From positions 25,128-89,127 of the IMG/VR virus record IMGVR_UViG_3300017917_002401: a stretch of 64,000 nucleotides of DNA, one strand, 5' to 3'. The translations under genes were made by a program, and so were the position numbers. The DNA comes from a virus. Shown piece after piece: positions 14,406-24,341 of this stretch. The notes beneath the pieces were generated by a model, which did not search any database, had not been told where the DNA came from, and worked only from the letters and a program-made list of their open reading frames with translations. Position 1 is the first letter of the stretch. Every line of letters starts with the position of its first letter.

Positions 14406-16024
14406 TGGCCCGTAAGCTGCATTTTTCAAGATTATTAGATATTATTAGCGGCAGTGCTTTAGCTGGTGCAAATACTAAAGTGCAGCGCAGTGCGTTATAT
14501 AAAGATTTTGATGTAGCTAAGTTGGAATCAAAAAAGCTTCGAGACTTGATTGATTCGAACTTGCCTACATTCTATATAGTAAATTTAGATACTATAGTAG
14601 AAGAATTAAGTAACGGATTAGGCATTGATACATTCAAAGAGAATGAAATGTATGTCAAAGCCCAAATGCCTACTAAAAAAGAATTAAAAACGTTTCTATT
14701 AAAAACTTTAACTAATACTATTAACAAACTCCCTAAAAAAGAGTTCATGGTTTCCTACCAGCAAGTAGTAAAAGAATATAATAAACTAATAGACGCGCTA
14801 GCAAACAGATCTAGTTATGTTGGCTACAGAAATGCTGCAACTAGATTTGGTGCGGACATAAGAAGATTATTAAAAACCAGTGGAGTATATGTTGCCACTG
14901 ATGGACCAAATATTGTAGCAAATTTACAGCCTAACTCTTTTGTAGTTATCGGCCCTACATTTAATGCTGCTGTAGAAAATGTTAATAAATTAATTAATAC
15001 AGATCTAAGAGCTGCATTTGTAAAAACATACGATATAAACCTTAAAGAATATAATGCTGACCCAAAGAATAGATTTACTATTGGTGATATCATAAACGCA
15101 GGCCATACAGCAGCATACTCTGAAAAAGGTAGCTTAATTGGCGTTAATATGCCCTTCGCCCAAGAGCGACAGTTCTTGCTAGCTGGTACAGAAAAAGCAG
15201 TAGGTATAGATGCGGCAGTGTCCGATTTATACTTAGACGCAGGTTACGCAATAAAGTTTAATCAAAACTATACAGATACTGCAACTAATTTATTAGATAT
15301 GCAATTTAGTTTTGTTATAACTATGCCTGCAAAATATAACACAGCTACTTTACGTACTCAAGAATTACAAAGAATTAAAGAGTATATTGGTTCCACAATA
15401 GTACCTACTATTGCTGAACAAGCCAAGAAAAAATTCACAGGTGGATTGCTAGAAGATATCGCTCTTAATACTTCGGCATCACCAACTTTACCAGAATTTA
15501 TAAAAGACGCTATTATAGCAGGTATTTCTGGTAAACCTATAAAAAAGACTGTAAAATCTTCTACTGCCAAAGCAAAGGGTAATATAAAGACCCATGTAAT
15601 AGTTAAAGACCCTAAACCGTCAAAATTAACAGCAAAATCTGGTGGTACAAATATACAGTCGCAAAAATTAAACTATTCCCAGCAAATAACCTATGATTTT
15701 AGTTTAACTAGTTTGCAGAAATTGATCTCTGAAAAACTATTTGAAACAGTTAAAAGAAACATGGGTACTGGAGATAGGCGTGATGTTCTAAATTACAGAA
15801 CAGGAAGATTTGCAGAATCGGTTAAATTAGAGCGTCTTACTCAAACCAAAAGCGATATGATAACGGCATTTTACAGTTATATGAAAAATCCGTATGCAAC
15901 TTTCAGTGATGGTGGAGCACAACAATTTCCTAGATCAAGAGACCCAAAAGCCCTTATTTCTAAATCTATACGAGAAATAGCTGCTTTAGAAGTCTCTAAT
16001 AAATTAAGGGCTGTATCGGTATGA
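14405..16024 (+). CDS. Tail completion protein (T5 p143-like C-terminus) with long N-terminal extension
   Basis: C-terminal LNYRTGRFAESV...Y.YMKNPY...RDPKALI..SIREIA; position between head completion and tail terminator genes. Confidence 0.6.
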   Translation: MARKLHFSRLLDIISGSALAGANTKVQRSALYKDFDVAKLESKKLRDLIDSNLPTFYIVNLDTIVEELSNGLGIDTFKENEMYVKAQMPTKKELKTFLLKTLTNTINKLPKKEFMVSYQQVVKEYNKLIDALANRSSYVGYRNAATRFGADIRRLLKTSGVYVATDGPNIVANLQPNSFVVIGPTFNAAVENVNKLINTDLRAAFVKTYDINLKEYNADPKNRFTIGDIINAGHTAAYSEKGSLIGVNMPFAQERQFLLAGTEKAVGIDAAVSDLYLDAGYAIKFNQNYTDTATNLLDMQFSFVITMPAKYNTATLRTQELQRIKEYIGSTIVPTIAEQAKKKFTGGLLEDIALNTSASPTLPEFIKDAIIAGISGKPIKKTVKSSTAKAKGNIKTHVIVKDPKPSKLTAKSGGTNIQSQKLNYSQQITYDFSLTSLQKLISEKLFETVKRNMGTGDRRDVLNYRTGRFAESVKLERLTQTKSDMITAFYSYMKNPYATFSDGGAQQFPRSRDPKALISKSIREIAALEVSNKLRAVSV

Positions 16025-16461
16025 GCAGAAGAACAAGTATAGTAAAAGCCCTGGCAGAAAAGTTTAAAGAAATAGACGGAACCAATGGGTATAATGTAAA
16101 TCTATTTGGTAACGTCTATCCAAAATTAAAGTTCTGGGATGAGGTAAACGATTTCCCAGCAGTATATATGGTAGCAGGTAGTGAGCAACGAGAATATCAC
16201 CCAGCTAACTTTACATGGGCATATTTAGGAGTATCGGTCAAGGTCTATGTTCGGGGCGAAGACGACCCACAGACTACACTAGAGTTATTATTAGAAGATT
16301 TAGAAAAATGCGTTAATAATAATAGAGTCCTTACCTATGATAAAGACAATAGTTATGATACTACCGAAATATTGGTTCAGTCTATAACTACCGACGAAGG
16401 CTTATTGCATCCATATGCCGTGGGTGAAATAAACCTACAAGTGCGTTATGCACTAATGTAA
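16021..16461 (+). CDS. Tail terminator protein
   Basis: SRRTSIVKAL..., KFWDEVNDFP, SITTDEGLL; T5 p142-like. Confidence 0.8.
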   Translation: MSRRTSIVKALAEKFKEIDGTNGYNVNLFGNVYPKLKFWDEVNDFPAVYMVAGSEQREYHPANFTWAYLGVSVKVYVRGEDDPQTTLELLLEDLEKCVNNNRVLTYDKDNSYDTTEILVQSITTDEGLLHPYAVGEINLQVRYALM

Positions 16462-16541
16462 CAAAATAGAGTATTAGCGCATTAATACAGATAAATGTCT
16501 AGTAACAGTGCTTATAATACCAAAATCATAAAGGAAAGATT

Positions 16542-17729
16542 ATGGCATTAAATTTAGTACGTAATAGTAAGGTATTCTTTACTACAAACGTTGACACATT
16601 AGGTAAGGTGTTAGCTAGTGGCTTTGATGCCGCTAACACCCATGAGATCCAAGTTCTAGACGGTTTCACATTCTCTCAGAATACAAACAGTGATACAGTT
16701 ACTATTAGTGAAGGCGGTGCTGCTCCAGTTCGTGGACAACGCTCTTTCAACACTAGTTTAGCTCCAGTGGATTTCTCTTTTTCTAGTTATATCCGCCCAG
16801 CTTTTGATGATGCAAACAGTGTAGTTATTGCTGAAGAAGACGTTTTATGGAACGCTATCAGTGGTACTGCTGTAATTGGTCAAACTAATGCAGGTTGGGT
16901 AGCTGGTCAAAGTTATAGTTCTGCTAATTTTGCTCACAGTAATGCTCACCAGCTACTAAAGTTTGGTATGATCTTTATTGTTGACCAAGTTGCTTATGCT
17001 GTTGATAACTGCTCCCTAAACCAAGTTACAATCGACTTTGGACTAGATGCTATCGCTACAGGTGCATGGACTGGCCAAGGTACTACACTACGTCAACTAG
17101 GTAATGGTATTACTGCAGTAGGCGGAACATTTGGTGGTACAGGTGTTGCTGGTGCTTACAAAGTCAAGAATACAACTGCTAATTACATTACCAACAAGCT
17201 ATCTACAGTCGCTTTAAGTTTAGTTAAAGATCTAAAAGATGCCGCAGGTACTACAGTTGCCGCAGCTGGAGCTAGTTACACAGTTGCTATTACTGGTGGT
17301 TCTATTACTATTAATAACAATATCAACTATATCACACCAGCTAACCTAGGAACAGTTAACCTACCTGTTACTTACTACACAGGTCAACGAGCAATTACTG
17401 GTACAGTGAATGCTTACCTAAAAACAGGTGCTAGCGAAACTGGTACTGGTAAACTTCTAGCAGATATGTTAACAGCAGCTACAGTTACTGTTGAGCCAAT
17501 GTTTGCTATGGCTATTTCTGTTGGTGGCGGTGCTAACTCTGTGAAAGTTGTTCTAGACATGCCAAGTGCAGTTCTAACAATTCCTACAGTTGATGTTCAG
17601 CAAGTTATTTCTACTGCTATTAACTTCACAGCTCAGGGCAGTACAGGTACTGGAAACAGCGCTGTTTACGATCTAACACAAACTAACGATCTAACAGTTA
17701 AGTACTACTCTCCAGATCTAACCGTTTAA
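16542..17729 (+). CDS. Major tail tube protein (pb6-like)
   Basis: LVRNSKVF, EIQVLDGFTFSQ, RGQRSFNTSLAPVDFSFSSYIRP. Confidence 0.88.
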   Translation: MALNLVRNSKVFFTTNVDTLGKVLASGFDAANTHEIQVLDGFTFSQNTNSDTVTISEGGAAPVRGQRSFNTSLAPVDFSFSSYIRPAFDDANSVVIAEEDVLWNAISGTAVIGQTNAGWVAGQSYSSANFAHSNAHQLLKFGMIFIVDQVAYAVDNCSLNQVTIDFGLDAIATGAWTGQGTTLRQLGNGITAVGGTFGGTGVAGAYKVKNTTANYITNKLSTVALSLVKDLKDAAGTTVAAAGASYTVAITGGSITINNNINYITPANLGTVNLPVTYYTGQRAITGTVNAYLKTGASETGTGKLLADMLTAATVTVEPMFAMAISVGGGANSVKVVLDMPSAVLTIPTVDVQQVISTAINFTAQGSTGTGNSAVYDLTQTNDLTVKYYSPDLTV

Positions 17730-17742
17730 TCTAAAGTTTCAA

Positions 17743-17771
17743 GGGGTGGCTTGATCACCACCCCGCTTTTT
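17743..17771 (+). terminator. Terminator after the tail tube gene
   Basis: GGGGTGG/CCACCCC stem followed by TTTTT. Confidence 0.7.
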
Positions 17772-17797
17772 AATAATATAACAGGATACTAAATCCA

Positions 17798-18208
17798 ATG
17801 TCAGAAATTTCGTTAAAATCGCTACTGGTACCATCAAAAACAGTTGATGTAGAGTATCCAGGACTACCTGGTTTTACAGTTACCTTATCTTTCTTAACTC
17901 GTGAAACGCTGCTTAATATTCGTAAAAAGTCTACAAAGACTGTTTTCAAAAATCGTCAGCCGCAAGAAGAATTCGACGAGCACTTATTCTTAGACCTATA
18001 TACTAAAGCTGCTGTAAAAAGCTGGAAAGGCTTAAAACTAGCTTATCTAGAACAACTAGCTCCAGTAGATCTAACGGGTCAAGATTTAGATAATACTCTT
18101 GCATACTCAGAAGAAAATGCCGTTTATCTAATGAAAGAAAGCTCAAACTTTGACGCTTTTGTTAGCGAGAAAGTATCTGACTTGGGAAACTTTTCGAGCA
18201 GCAAATAA
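17798..18208 (+). CDS. Tail assembly chaperone (gpG-like)
   Basis: Between tube and tape measure genes; ends LGNF on a slippery G GGA AAC. Confidence 0.85.
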   Translation: MSEISLKSLLVPSKTVDVEYPGLPGFTVTLSFLTRETLLNIRKKSTKTVFKNRQPQEEFDEHLFLDLYTKAAVKSWKGLKLAYLEQLAPVDLTGQDLDNTLAYSEENAVYLMKESSNFDAFVSEKVSDLGNFSSSK

Positions 18209-18576
18209 GTCGAATAGAGCCAATGTTGGTTTCCTTTATTCAAAATAGCGGCGTTAAAATGACAAAGCAGATGTATTTTGAAATGTGTGAAGCTCTTGGC
18301 AATGAGCCTGTTGAAAGCGAAATACCCGTTGATTTAGAAGATTTTCCTGTTGAAATACAAGAAGTCTTAGAACTGTATAAGTTTTTAAAAGATGATTGGG
18401 AACCCATGAGTGGTTCTTATATGGGTAAACACTTTATAGGTATCCTAGACATACTTGACTTATTTGAAATAGATAGCAGAGATAGAAAGATATATTTATC
18501 TCTGTTATACATGATCGACTCGATAAGATCCAAAGAAATTAAAAAGCAGCAAGCTGCAACTAAGCCTCAGTCTTAA
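18190..18576 (+). CDS. Tail assembly chaperone -1 frameshift extension (gpT-like)
   Basis: The -1 frame is open from 18190 into the ORF at 18223-18576. Confidence 0.8.
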   Translation, partial: LFEQQISRIEPMLVSFIQNSGVKMTKQMYFEMCEALGNEPVESEIPVDLEDFPVEIQEVLELYKFLKDDWEPMSGSYMGKHFIGILDILDLFEIDSRDRKIYLSLLYMIDSIRSKEIKKQQAATKPQS

Positions 18577-18643
18577 TAAACTGAGGCTTTTTTATTGTCC
18601 AAAAATTTTTAGTATTGACAGAAATTAGCTAATCTGTTATAAT
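18562..18643 (+). promoter_or_regulatory. Terminator followed by a promoter for the tape measure gene
   Basis: AAGCCTCAG/CTGAGGCTT-TTTT; TTGACA(18615)-17-TATAAT. Confidence 0.75.
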
Positions 18644-18711
18644 GGTACAAATTAGTATTATGTTTCAAATTTTTTGAAACCAGCCACATAAATTCCCAGA
18701 TTGGAGGAAAA

Positions 18712-21700
18712 ATGGCAGACATTGAAGTTTCCTTTAGTTTATCAGACAATGGTACAATTAAAGATAAGGTTAAAAGTGCCCGTGACCTTAATCACGAATT
18801 AGATAAACAAGGTAAAATTTTATCAAAACTAAATTCACCACGTTCTAGCTACAAGCAATCAATGGGCGAAGGCGAAGGTGTTGAATATGGTGTTGCGCGT
18901 GGAGCTGTGGGTACTGGAGCTGCTGGTCGCGATTTCGCTAAACAGGCACAAGGTCTAGGTGGTTTAGTTCACGTTTACGCTACCTTTGCAGCTAACCTTT
19001 TCGCCGTTGGCGCAGCATTTCGTGCATTAAGCGACGCAGCCGATACTACCAATATGATTAAAGGTATGGATCAGCTAGGTGCCGCTACAGGTAAATCGCT
19101 TGGCACAATTGCTAAAAGACTAGTAGAAACTACAGATGGTGCAATTTCTTTTAGAGACGCTATTGAAGCTACTACTAAAGGTGCTGCTGCTGGTTTAAGC
19201 TCCGTCCAAATGAATCAAATGGCCGAGGTAGCCAAAAAAGCATCTCAGTCTCTTGGCATATCTATGCCTGACGCTCTAAGTCGTCTAAGTCGTGGTATCT
19301 CTAAACTAGAGCCCGAATTACTAGATGAATTGGGCTTATATACAAAAATAGATAAAGCCACACAAGATTACGCTAGAACTATTGGTAAAACTGCGACTAC
19401 TCTAACCGATTTTGAAAAGCGTCAAGCCTTTGCTAACGCTGTACTAAAAGAAGGTCTTGACAAATTTGCAGCTATAGATTTAGCTGCTAATCCTTACGAC
19501 AAGCTATTGGCTAGCTTAAAGAATGTAGGCCAACAAGCTCTAGAAATGGTAAACGTAATTTTAGGTCCTTTAGTAACCTTACTAGCAGCAAGCCCTAGTG
19601 GTTTAATGGCGGTGTTAACTGGCATCAGTGTTTTACTATTAAAACAAGCCATCCCAGCCCTAGGCCAGTATCGTGAAAGTTTAGCTAGAACAGCAGAATC
19701 AAGTCGTTTACAATTTACTAAAATCTATAAAGATCAACAAGCTTCTATAGGTGAAATGGCAGGAAGTGCTGCTGTAAGTGCAGAAGCCGCATACAGAAGT
19801 TCTAGCAGAGTATTAAATAAAACAAAAGAATTAGCTAGATCAGCAGCACAGTTTGAAGATACCGCTAAAATGAAGTGGTCAGAGCTAGCTGCAAAAGATC
19901 CTTTTGAGCTAACTCCTCAAGAGTTAAAGTCTTTAGATAATAGAGTAAAAACACTTGCAAGAAGTAACAAAGACCAAGCAGATTTATTAAGAGCACATAT
20001 TAAAGAGATAAAAACATTAAGAGCAGAAGCTACAAAAGCTGGTGATATAGCCCAGGAACGTATAGAACGAAAAGCTTCAGGGCCTTTGTCTACTGTTGGT
20101 GCTAATGAGATTATTTATCGTAGAGAAATGACGAATGCTGTTGCAGCAAGTATTAAAAGTACTGTTGCTGAAACTCAGGCACTTTATGGTGCAAGAGCCG
20201 CTTTTGCTCAATTAAGTGATGAGCTTAATAAAGCTAAAGCAGGTATGCAAAAAGTACAAGTTGGTACTGACGAAGCTGGTAATGCTATAATGGAAACGGC
20301 CCCTAAGATGGGCAAAGTTAAAGCAGGTTTAACAGGTTTATCAGCAGCTTTCGGTATTGTAACTACTAAAATCGGCACAACATTAAATGCTCTTAGTCCT
20401 TGGTTAGTAGGTTTAGGTTTAGCAGCAGAAGCTTTAAGTTTATTTGACTCTTGGATGTCAAAAACAGCCCGTGAACAGGAAGCATTTAGTAAAGCTCTTG
20501 CTGGTATCTCTGATAGCGTAGATAATGCAACTAGAACTATAGATATCTTACGAAAGAAAGGTGCAGTAGAATCTGCAACTATTTCTGGGGTATTTGCACT
20601 ATCCAATGCTATGAGTGAGCTAACTACTTCGGTAGAATTAGCTTTATACGCAAATCAGCAACTTAAATCTGTTATGGAAGGCAGCTGGTGGGATACAGCA
20701 AAGAATAACGTATTAAAATTATTCGGTGCTGATATAGACACTAAATTAGCAGAAAATCTTACAAAAAGCTTAGAGTCTAGTCTACAAATATTTGCTCAAT
20801 CTGGTAAATACGAAAAAGCTAGTGCAGCGTTTAAAAAAGCTTTAGGACTAGAAACTTTAGATACTACTTCTGTAACTAAAGCATTTAAAAATAGTACCGA
20901 AGCTCAAAAAGCATTTGAACAAGCACAAAAAGAATTAAATGGTGAATTAGCTGCATCTAACGGCCGATTACAGTCATTTAAAACAGCTACAGAAAATTCT
21001 ACCAAAGCTTATCAAGAATTTATACAAAGTACAGCAAATAATAATCCTTTATTTAAACTAGGTGCTGCTTTAGAAGATGTAGCAAACTCTATGCAAGGAG
21101 TTTTAAAAGGCGGACTAGAGGATGTTAATGCCGCTTTTGATGATTTAGTTAAACACCCTGAAAAGTTTACTTTATTCGGTCAGAAATTCGTAGAACAGTT
21201 TGTAGAGATCAGAGGTGAATTTGCCAAAACTTATGAAGCTCAGCAGCGTTATATTGCTAATGTAGCAAAATTAGATCAACAAGCTGAGCAAGTGCGTGCC
21301 CGACTAATAGAAGCTCAAGCCAGAAAAGATGCTGGTAAAGCGGGTAGCCGTACTAATGTATTTATTTCTAATGCTCAACAAGAGCTAGAAAACATAAATC
21401 GACAAAAACAAAGTTTAAATGCTCCTGATACTCAAGTAATTGTTCGTACTACAGAGTTATTTAGAGAAGGTGCAATTGAAGCCTTTACTCGTGGTGCAGA
21501 TCTTATTAATAAGGCACTTGGCCAAGCGTCTGAACGTGCAGCTATTACTATTGCTCAAGCAAAATTAGGCGGTTTAACTGGTGAAAGACAGGCTCAAGAA
21601 GCAACAAGATTAAAACAACAAGAATTACAACTTCAATTAAGTGCTATTAATACAAATATAGACTTAATTAGAAGTCAGGAAGAATTAAAAGCTACGATAG

Positions 21701-23412
21701 ATTTAAGTAATGCTATTGCAATGGCTTCTGATAAAGAAGGTAAAACCGGCGAACAAGCTAACATGGCACAGGCCGAGTTAGTAGCTGCTGCTACTTTCAA
21801 GAAAATGTTGTCTGAAGGCGGCAGAGGTAAACTAGAGTTTAAAACTACAGGTAACGAACTTGCTGATGCTCTATTAAAACTAAAACTAGTCGGAACAAAT
21901 AGACAGATTGCTCAACAAGAGGCTTCTGCTATTAAAGTTCGAGGTGAGCAAGCTGCGGAAACGATTGCTGGCAGACGCGCTATTAGAGAAGGTCAGTTAA
22001 AAGACTTAGAAAAGATAGTTAGTATTAACAGTGACATTATACAGCAAGAAGTAGCTAAGTATAATATTATTCAGAGTATAAACGGTGCAGCTACAGTAGA
22101 AACAGCACAACGCGCAATTATTCTAGAAAATGATATTTTAGAAACTAAGCAAATGTTGGAAAGACAGGCTGTTCAAGTAGCAATACGGAATGCAACTGAA
22201 GCAGGAAATGCCAAAGAAATTGCTTTTCAAAAGGATTATTTAGCTAAGGTTATTGAACGACAGGCAGGTGAACGCGATAATAAAGGTATTCAAGATAGAA
22301 ATAAACTAATTGAAATACAGCTTGATACTGAAACTAAACTTAAGCAGTTAAAATTTGAACAAAATGACTTAGTTCTAAAAGGTACTGGTGAAGAAATAGC
22401 AAGAAATCAAGATATTCTTGGTATTAAGAATTCTTTATATTTAATTAGTTCACAAGAATACGAGCAAGAAAGAAATCGTTTAACAGTTCAAGCTGCTTTA
22501 AACAGTTTTGCACGCGAAGAACTAAAGCTACAAAAAGATAAAGCCGCAGCAATCAGCGAAGTACAGTCTAGAATTGATAAAGCTGCTTCTGATCCATCTG
22601 CTTTAAATAGATTAAACCTTGAAAAAGAAGGTATTGAGAAAAGATTTAAGTTAGAAGAAGAAGGATTGGCAAAAGCCAAACAAGGAAAACTAGAAGCTAT
22701 AGCCCTAGATCAGTCTATGTCTGATAAAATGAAGGGATATTCTAATATAGTAGAGAATGCTTTTGTAAGTATGGGTGATGCTATTGCTGAATTCGCAAAA
22801 ACAGGTAAACTAAACTTCAAAGGTTTAGTAGACAGCATGATTGCTGACCTAATAAGATTTGAACTGCAGCAGCAAATGAAATCTTTATACGGTGGCTTAG
22901 GCGGTCTGGGAGGATTAACTGGTCTAATAGGTGGATGGTTAAATCCTACAGGTGCTGCTAATGCTCCTGGAGGTAGTAAATTTGGTATGGATCTTGGTTT
23001 TGATACAGTCAATGCTAAGGGTGCTGTATACAATGCGGGCTTGCAAATGTTTGCAAAAGGTGGTGCATTCACTAATAGCATTGTAAACGACCCTACTGTG
23101 TTTAAGTTTGCACAAGGCACAGGCATAATGGGTGAAGCAGGACCCGAAGCCATCGTGCCCCTAAAGCGCGACAGCAACGGCAACCTAGGTGTTCGCACAA
23201 ATCAGCAACAAGCACCTCAAACTAGCGTAGTTGTTAATAACTATGGTAGCGAGAAGGCAACTACTCGTGAAACTACCGATAGCAACGGAAATCGTAAGAT
23301 TGAAGTTATTATTGGAGATATGGTAGCTCAAGAAGTAGGACGCACAGGAAGTAATACACAACAAGCACTGGGCAGTACTTTTGGAACGAGACCTGCACTA
23401 GCAAGGAGATAA
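18712..23412 (+). CDS. Tape measure protein
   Basis: 1566 aa, Ala-rich and helical; T5 pb2-like GLVHVYATFAANLFA and KLEPELLDELG; C-terminal AKGG..GEAGPEAIVPL. Confidence 0.93.
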   Translation: MADIEVSFSLSDNGTIKDKVKSARDLNHELDKQGKILSKLNSPRSSYKQSMGEGEGVEYGVARGAVGTGAAGRDFAKQAQGLGGLVHVYATFAANLFAVGAAFRALSDAADTTNMIKGMDQLGAATGKSLGTIAKRLVETTDGAISFRDAIEATTKGAAAGLSSVQMNQMAEVAKKASQSLGISMPDALSRLSRGISKLEPELLDELGLYTKIDKATQDYARTIGKTATTLTDFEKRQAFANAVLKEGLDKFAAIDLAANPYDKLLASLKNVGQQALEMVNVILGPLVTLLAASPSGLMAVLTGISVLLLKQAIPALGQYRESLARTAESSRLQFTKIYKDQQASIGEMAGSAAVSAEAAYRSSSRVLNKTKELARSAAQFEDTAKMKWSELAAKDPFELTPQELKSLDNRVKTLARSNKDQADLLRAHIKEIKTLRAEATKAGDIAQERIERKASGPLSTVGANEIIYRREMTNAVAASIKSTVAETQALYGARAAFAQLSDELNKAKAGMQKVQVGTDEAGNAIMETAPKMGKVKAGLTGLSAAFGIVTTKIGTTLNALSPWLVGLGLAAEALSLFDSWMSKTAREQEAFSKALAGISDSVDNATRTIDILRKKGAVESATISGVFALSNAMSELTTSVELALYANQQLKSVMEGSWWDTAKNNVLKLFGADIDTKLAENLTKSLESSLQIFAQSGKYEKASAAFKKALGLETLDTTSVTKAFKNSTEAQKAFEQAQKELNGELAASNGRLQSFKTATENSTKAYQEFIQSTANNNPLFKLGAALEDVANSMQGVLKGGLEDVNAAFDDLVKHPEKFTLFGQKFVEQFVEIRGEFAKTYEAQQRYIANVAKLDQQAEQVRARLIEAQARKDAGKAGSRTNVFISNAQQELENINRQKQSLNAPDTQVIVRTTELFREGAIEAFTRGADLINKALGQASERAAITIAQAKLGGLTGERQAQEATRLKQQELQLQLSAINTNIDLIRSQEELKATIDLSNAIAMASDKEGKTGEQANMAQAELVAAATFKKMLSEGGRGKLEFKTTGNELADALLKLKLVGTNRQIAQQEASAIKVRGEQAAETIAGRRAIREGQLKDLEKIVSINSDIIQQEVAKYNIIQSINGAATVETAQRAIILENDILETKQMLERQAVQVAIRNATEAGNAKEIAFQKDYLAKVIERQAGERDNKGIQDRNKLIEIQLDTETKLKQLKFEQNDLVLKGTGEEIARNQDILGIKNSLYLISSQEYEQERNRLTVQAALNSFAREELKLQKDKAAAISEVQSRIDKAASDPSALNRLNLEKEGIEKRFKLEEEGLAKAKQGKLEAIALDQSMSDKMKGYSNIVENAFVSMGDAIAEFAKTGKLNFKGLVDSMIADLIRFELQQQMKSLYGGLGGLGGLTGLIGGWLNPTGAANAPGGSKFGMDLGFDTVNAKGAVYNAGLQMFAKGGAFTNSIVNDPTVFKFAQGTGIMGEAGPEAIVPLKRDSNGNLGVRTNQQQAPQTSVVVNNYGSEKATTRETTDSNGNRKIEVIIGDMVAQEVGRTGSNTQQALGSTFGTRPALARR

Positions 23413-23415
23413 AAT

Positions 23416-23775
23416 ATGGCTTTACCAGTATGGCCTACAAGCCTACCACAAGCTCCGCAAAAAGGTTTCAATGAATCCCTGGGAATGAATATAATTCGTT
23501 CCCAGACGGATTTAGGGCCTGCTAAGCAGCGCAGACGTGGTGTCAGTCCTAATACTATGGACGTATCATTTATTTTAACAACAGACCAAGCCCAGACCTT
23601 AGAGACCTTTATCCTAGATACTCTAAGTGGAGTTAAGCGATTTATATTTAAACATCCACGAACTACTCAAAACGTAGAAGTACGTGTGGTTAATCAAAGT
23701 GGTAATTTATATAAGTTGCAATACTTAGCTCCTGGGTATTGGACTGCCAATATGGTTTTTGAAATACTGCCATGA
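23416..23775 (+). CDS. Distal tail / minor tail protein (gpM-like)
   Basis: WPTSLP..IRSQTDLGPAKQRRR..F.HP; directly after the tape measure gene. Confidence 0.7.
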   Translation: MALPVWPTSLPQAPQKGFNESLGMNIIRSQTDLGPAKQRRRGVSPNTMDVSFILTTDQAQTLETFILDTLSGVKRFIFKHPRTTQNVEVRVVNQSGNLYKLQYLAPGYWTANMVFEILP

Positions 23776-24341
23776 GTAGATTAAGCACATTATCAGCAGC
23801 CGCTATTAAAGCGATGTTTTCGTCAGAAACTGACGATAGATTAATAATGCTTATTACTATATATGATCCAAATGATCCGAGCCAGCCTATAATTAGACTG
23901 GCTGATGGATTTACTCAACGATTAATTAGTAATAATGCAGGAGATATTTCTGGTCAGCCAATTACAACAGATGATGAAGTAATATATGGCGTAGTATCCA
24001 GAAATCATAATTATGTATTTATTCCTATGCAAATACAAACTCCTGGAGAACAGGAGACTGGCGTTAGTAATTGTTCTTTAACAATTAATTATGTAACTCC
24101 TGAAATGATTGAGTTAATTCGATCATATGTGCATAGTCCCGCAAAAGTAAATATAGAACTAGTATTAGCAGGCAGTACTACTAGTCCAGATACTGTAGAG
24201 GCACAGTTTTCTGGATTTTATGCTACTAATATATCGTATAATGCGGAGTCCATTAATGTGGAGCTAACTATGATAGACTATACAAGGGAACCTTTTCCTT
24301 GTTATAGTTTTATTCCAAGCTATTTTCCGGGATTATTCTAA
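23772..24341 (+). CDS. Minor tail protein (gpL/DUF1833-like)
   Basis: Position in the tail-tip cluster; C-terminal EPFP..F.P..FPGLF. Confidence 0.7.
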   Translation: MSRLSTLSAAAIKAMFSSETDDRLIMLITIYDPNDPSQPIIRLADGFTQRLISNNAGDISGQPITTDDEVIYGVVSRNHNYVFIPMQIQTPGEQETGVSNCSLTINYVTPEMIELIRSYVHSPAKVNIELVLAGSTTSPDTVEAQFSGFYATNISYNAESINVELTMIDYTREPFPCYSFIPSYFPGLF

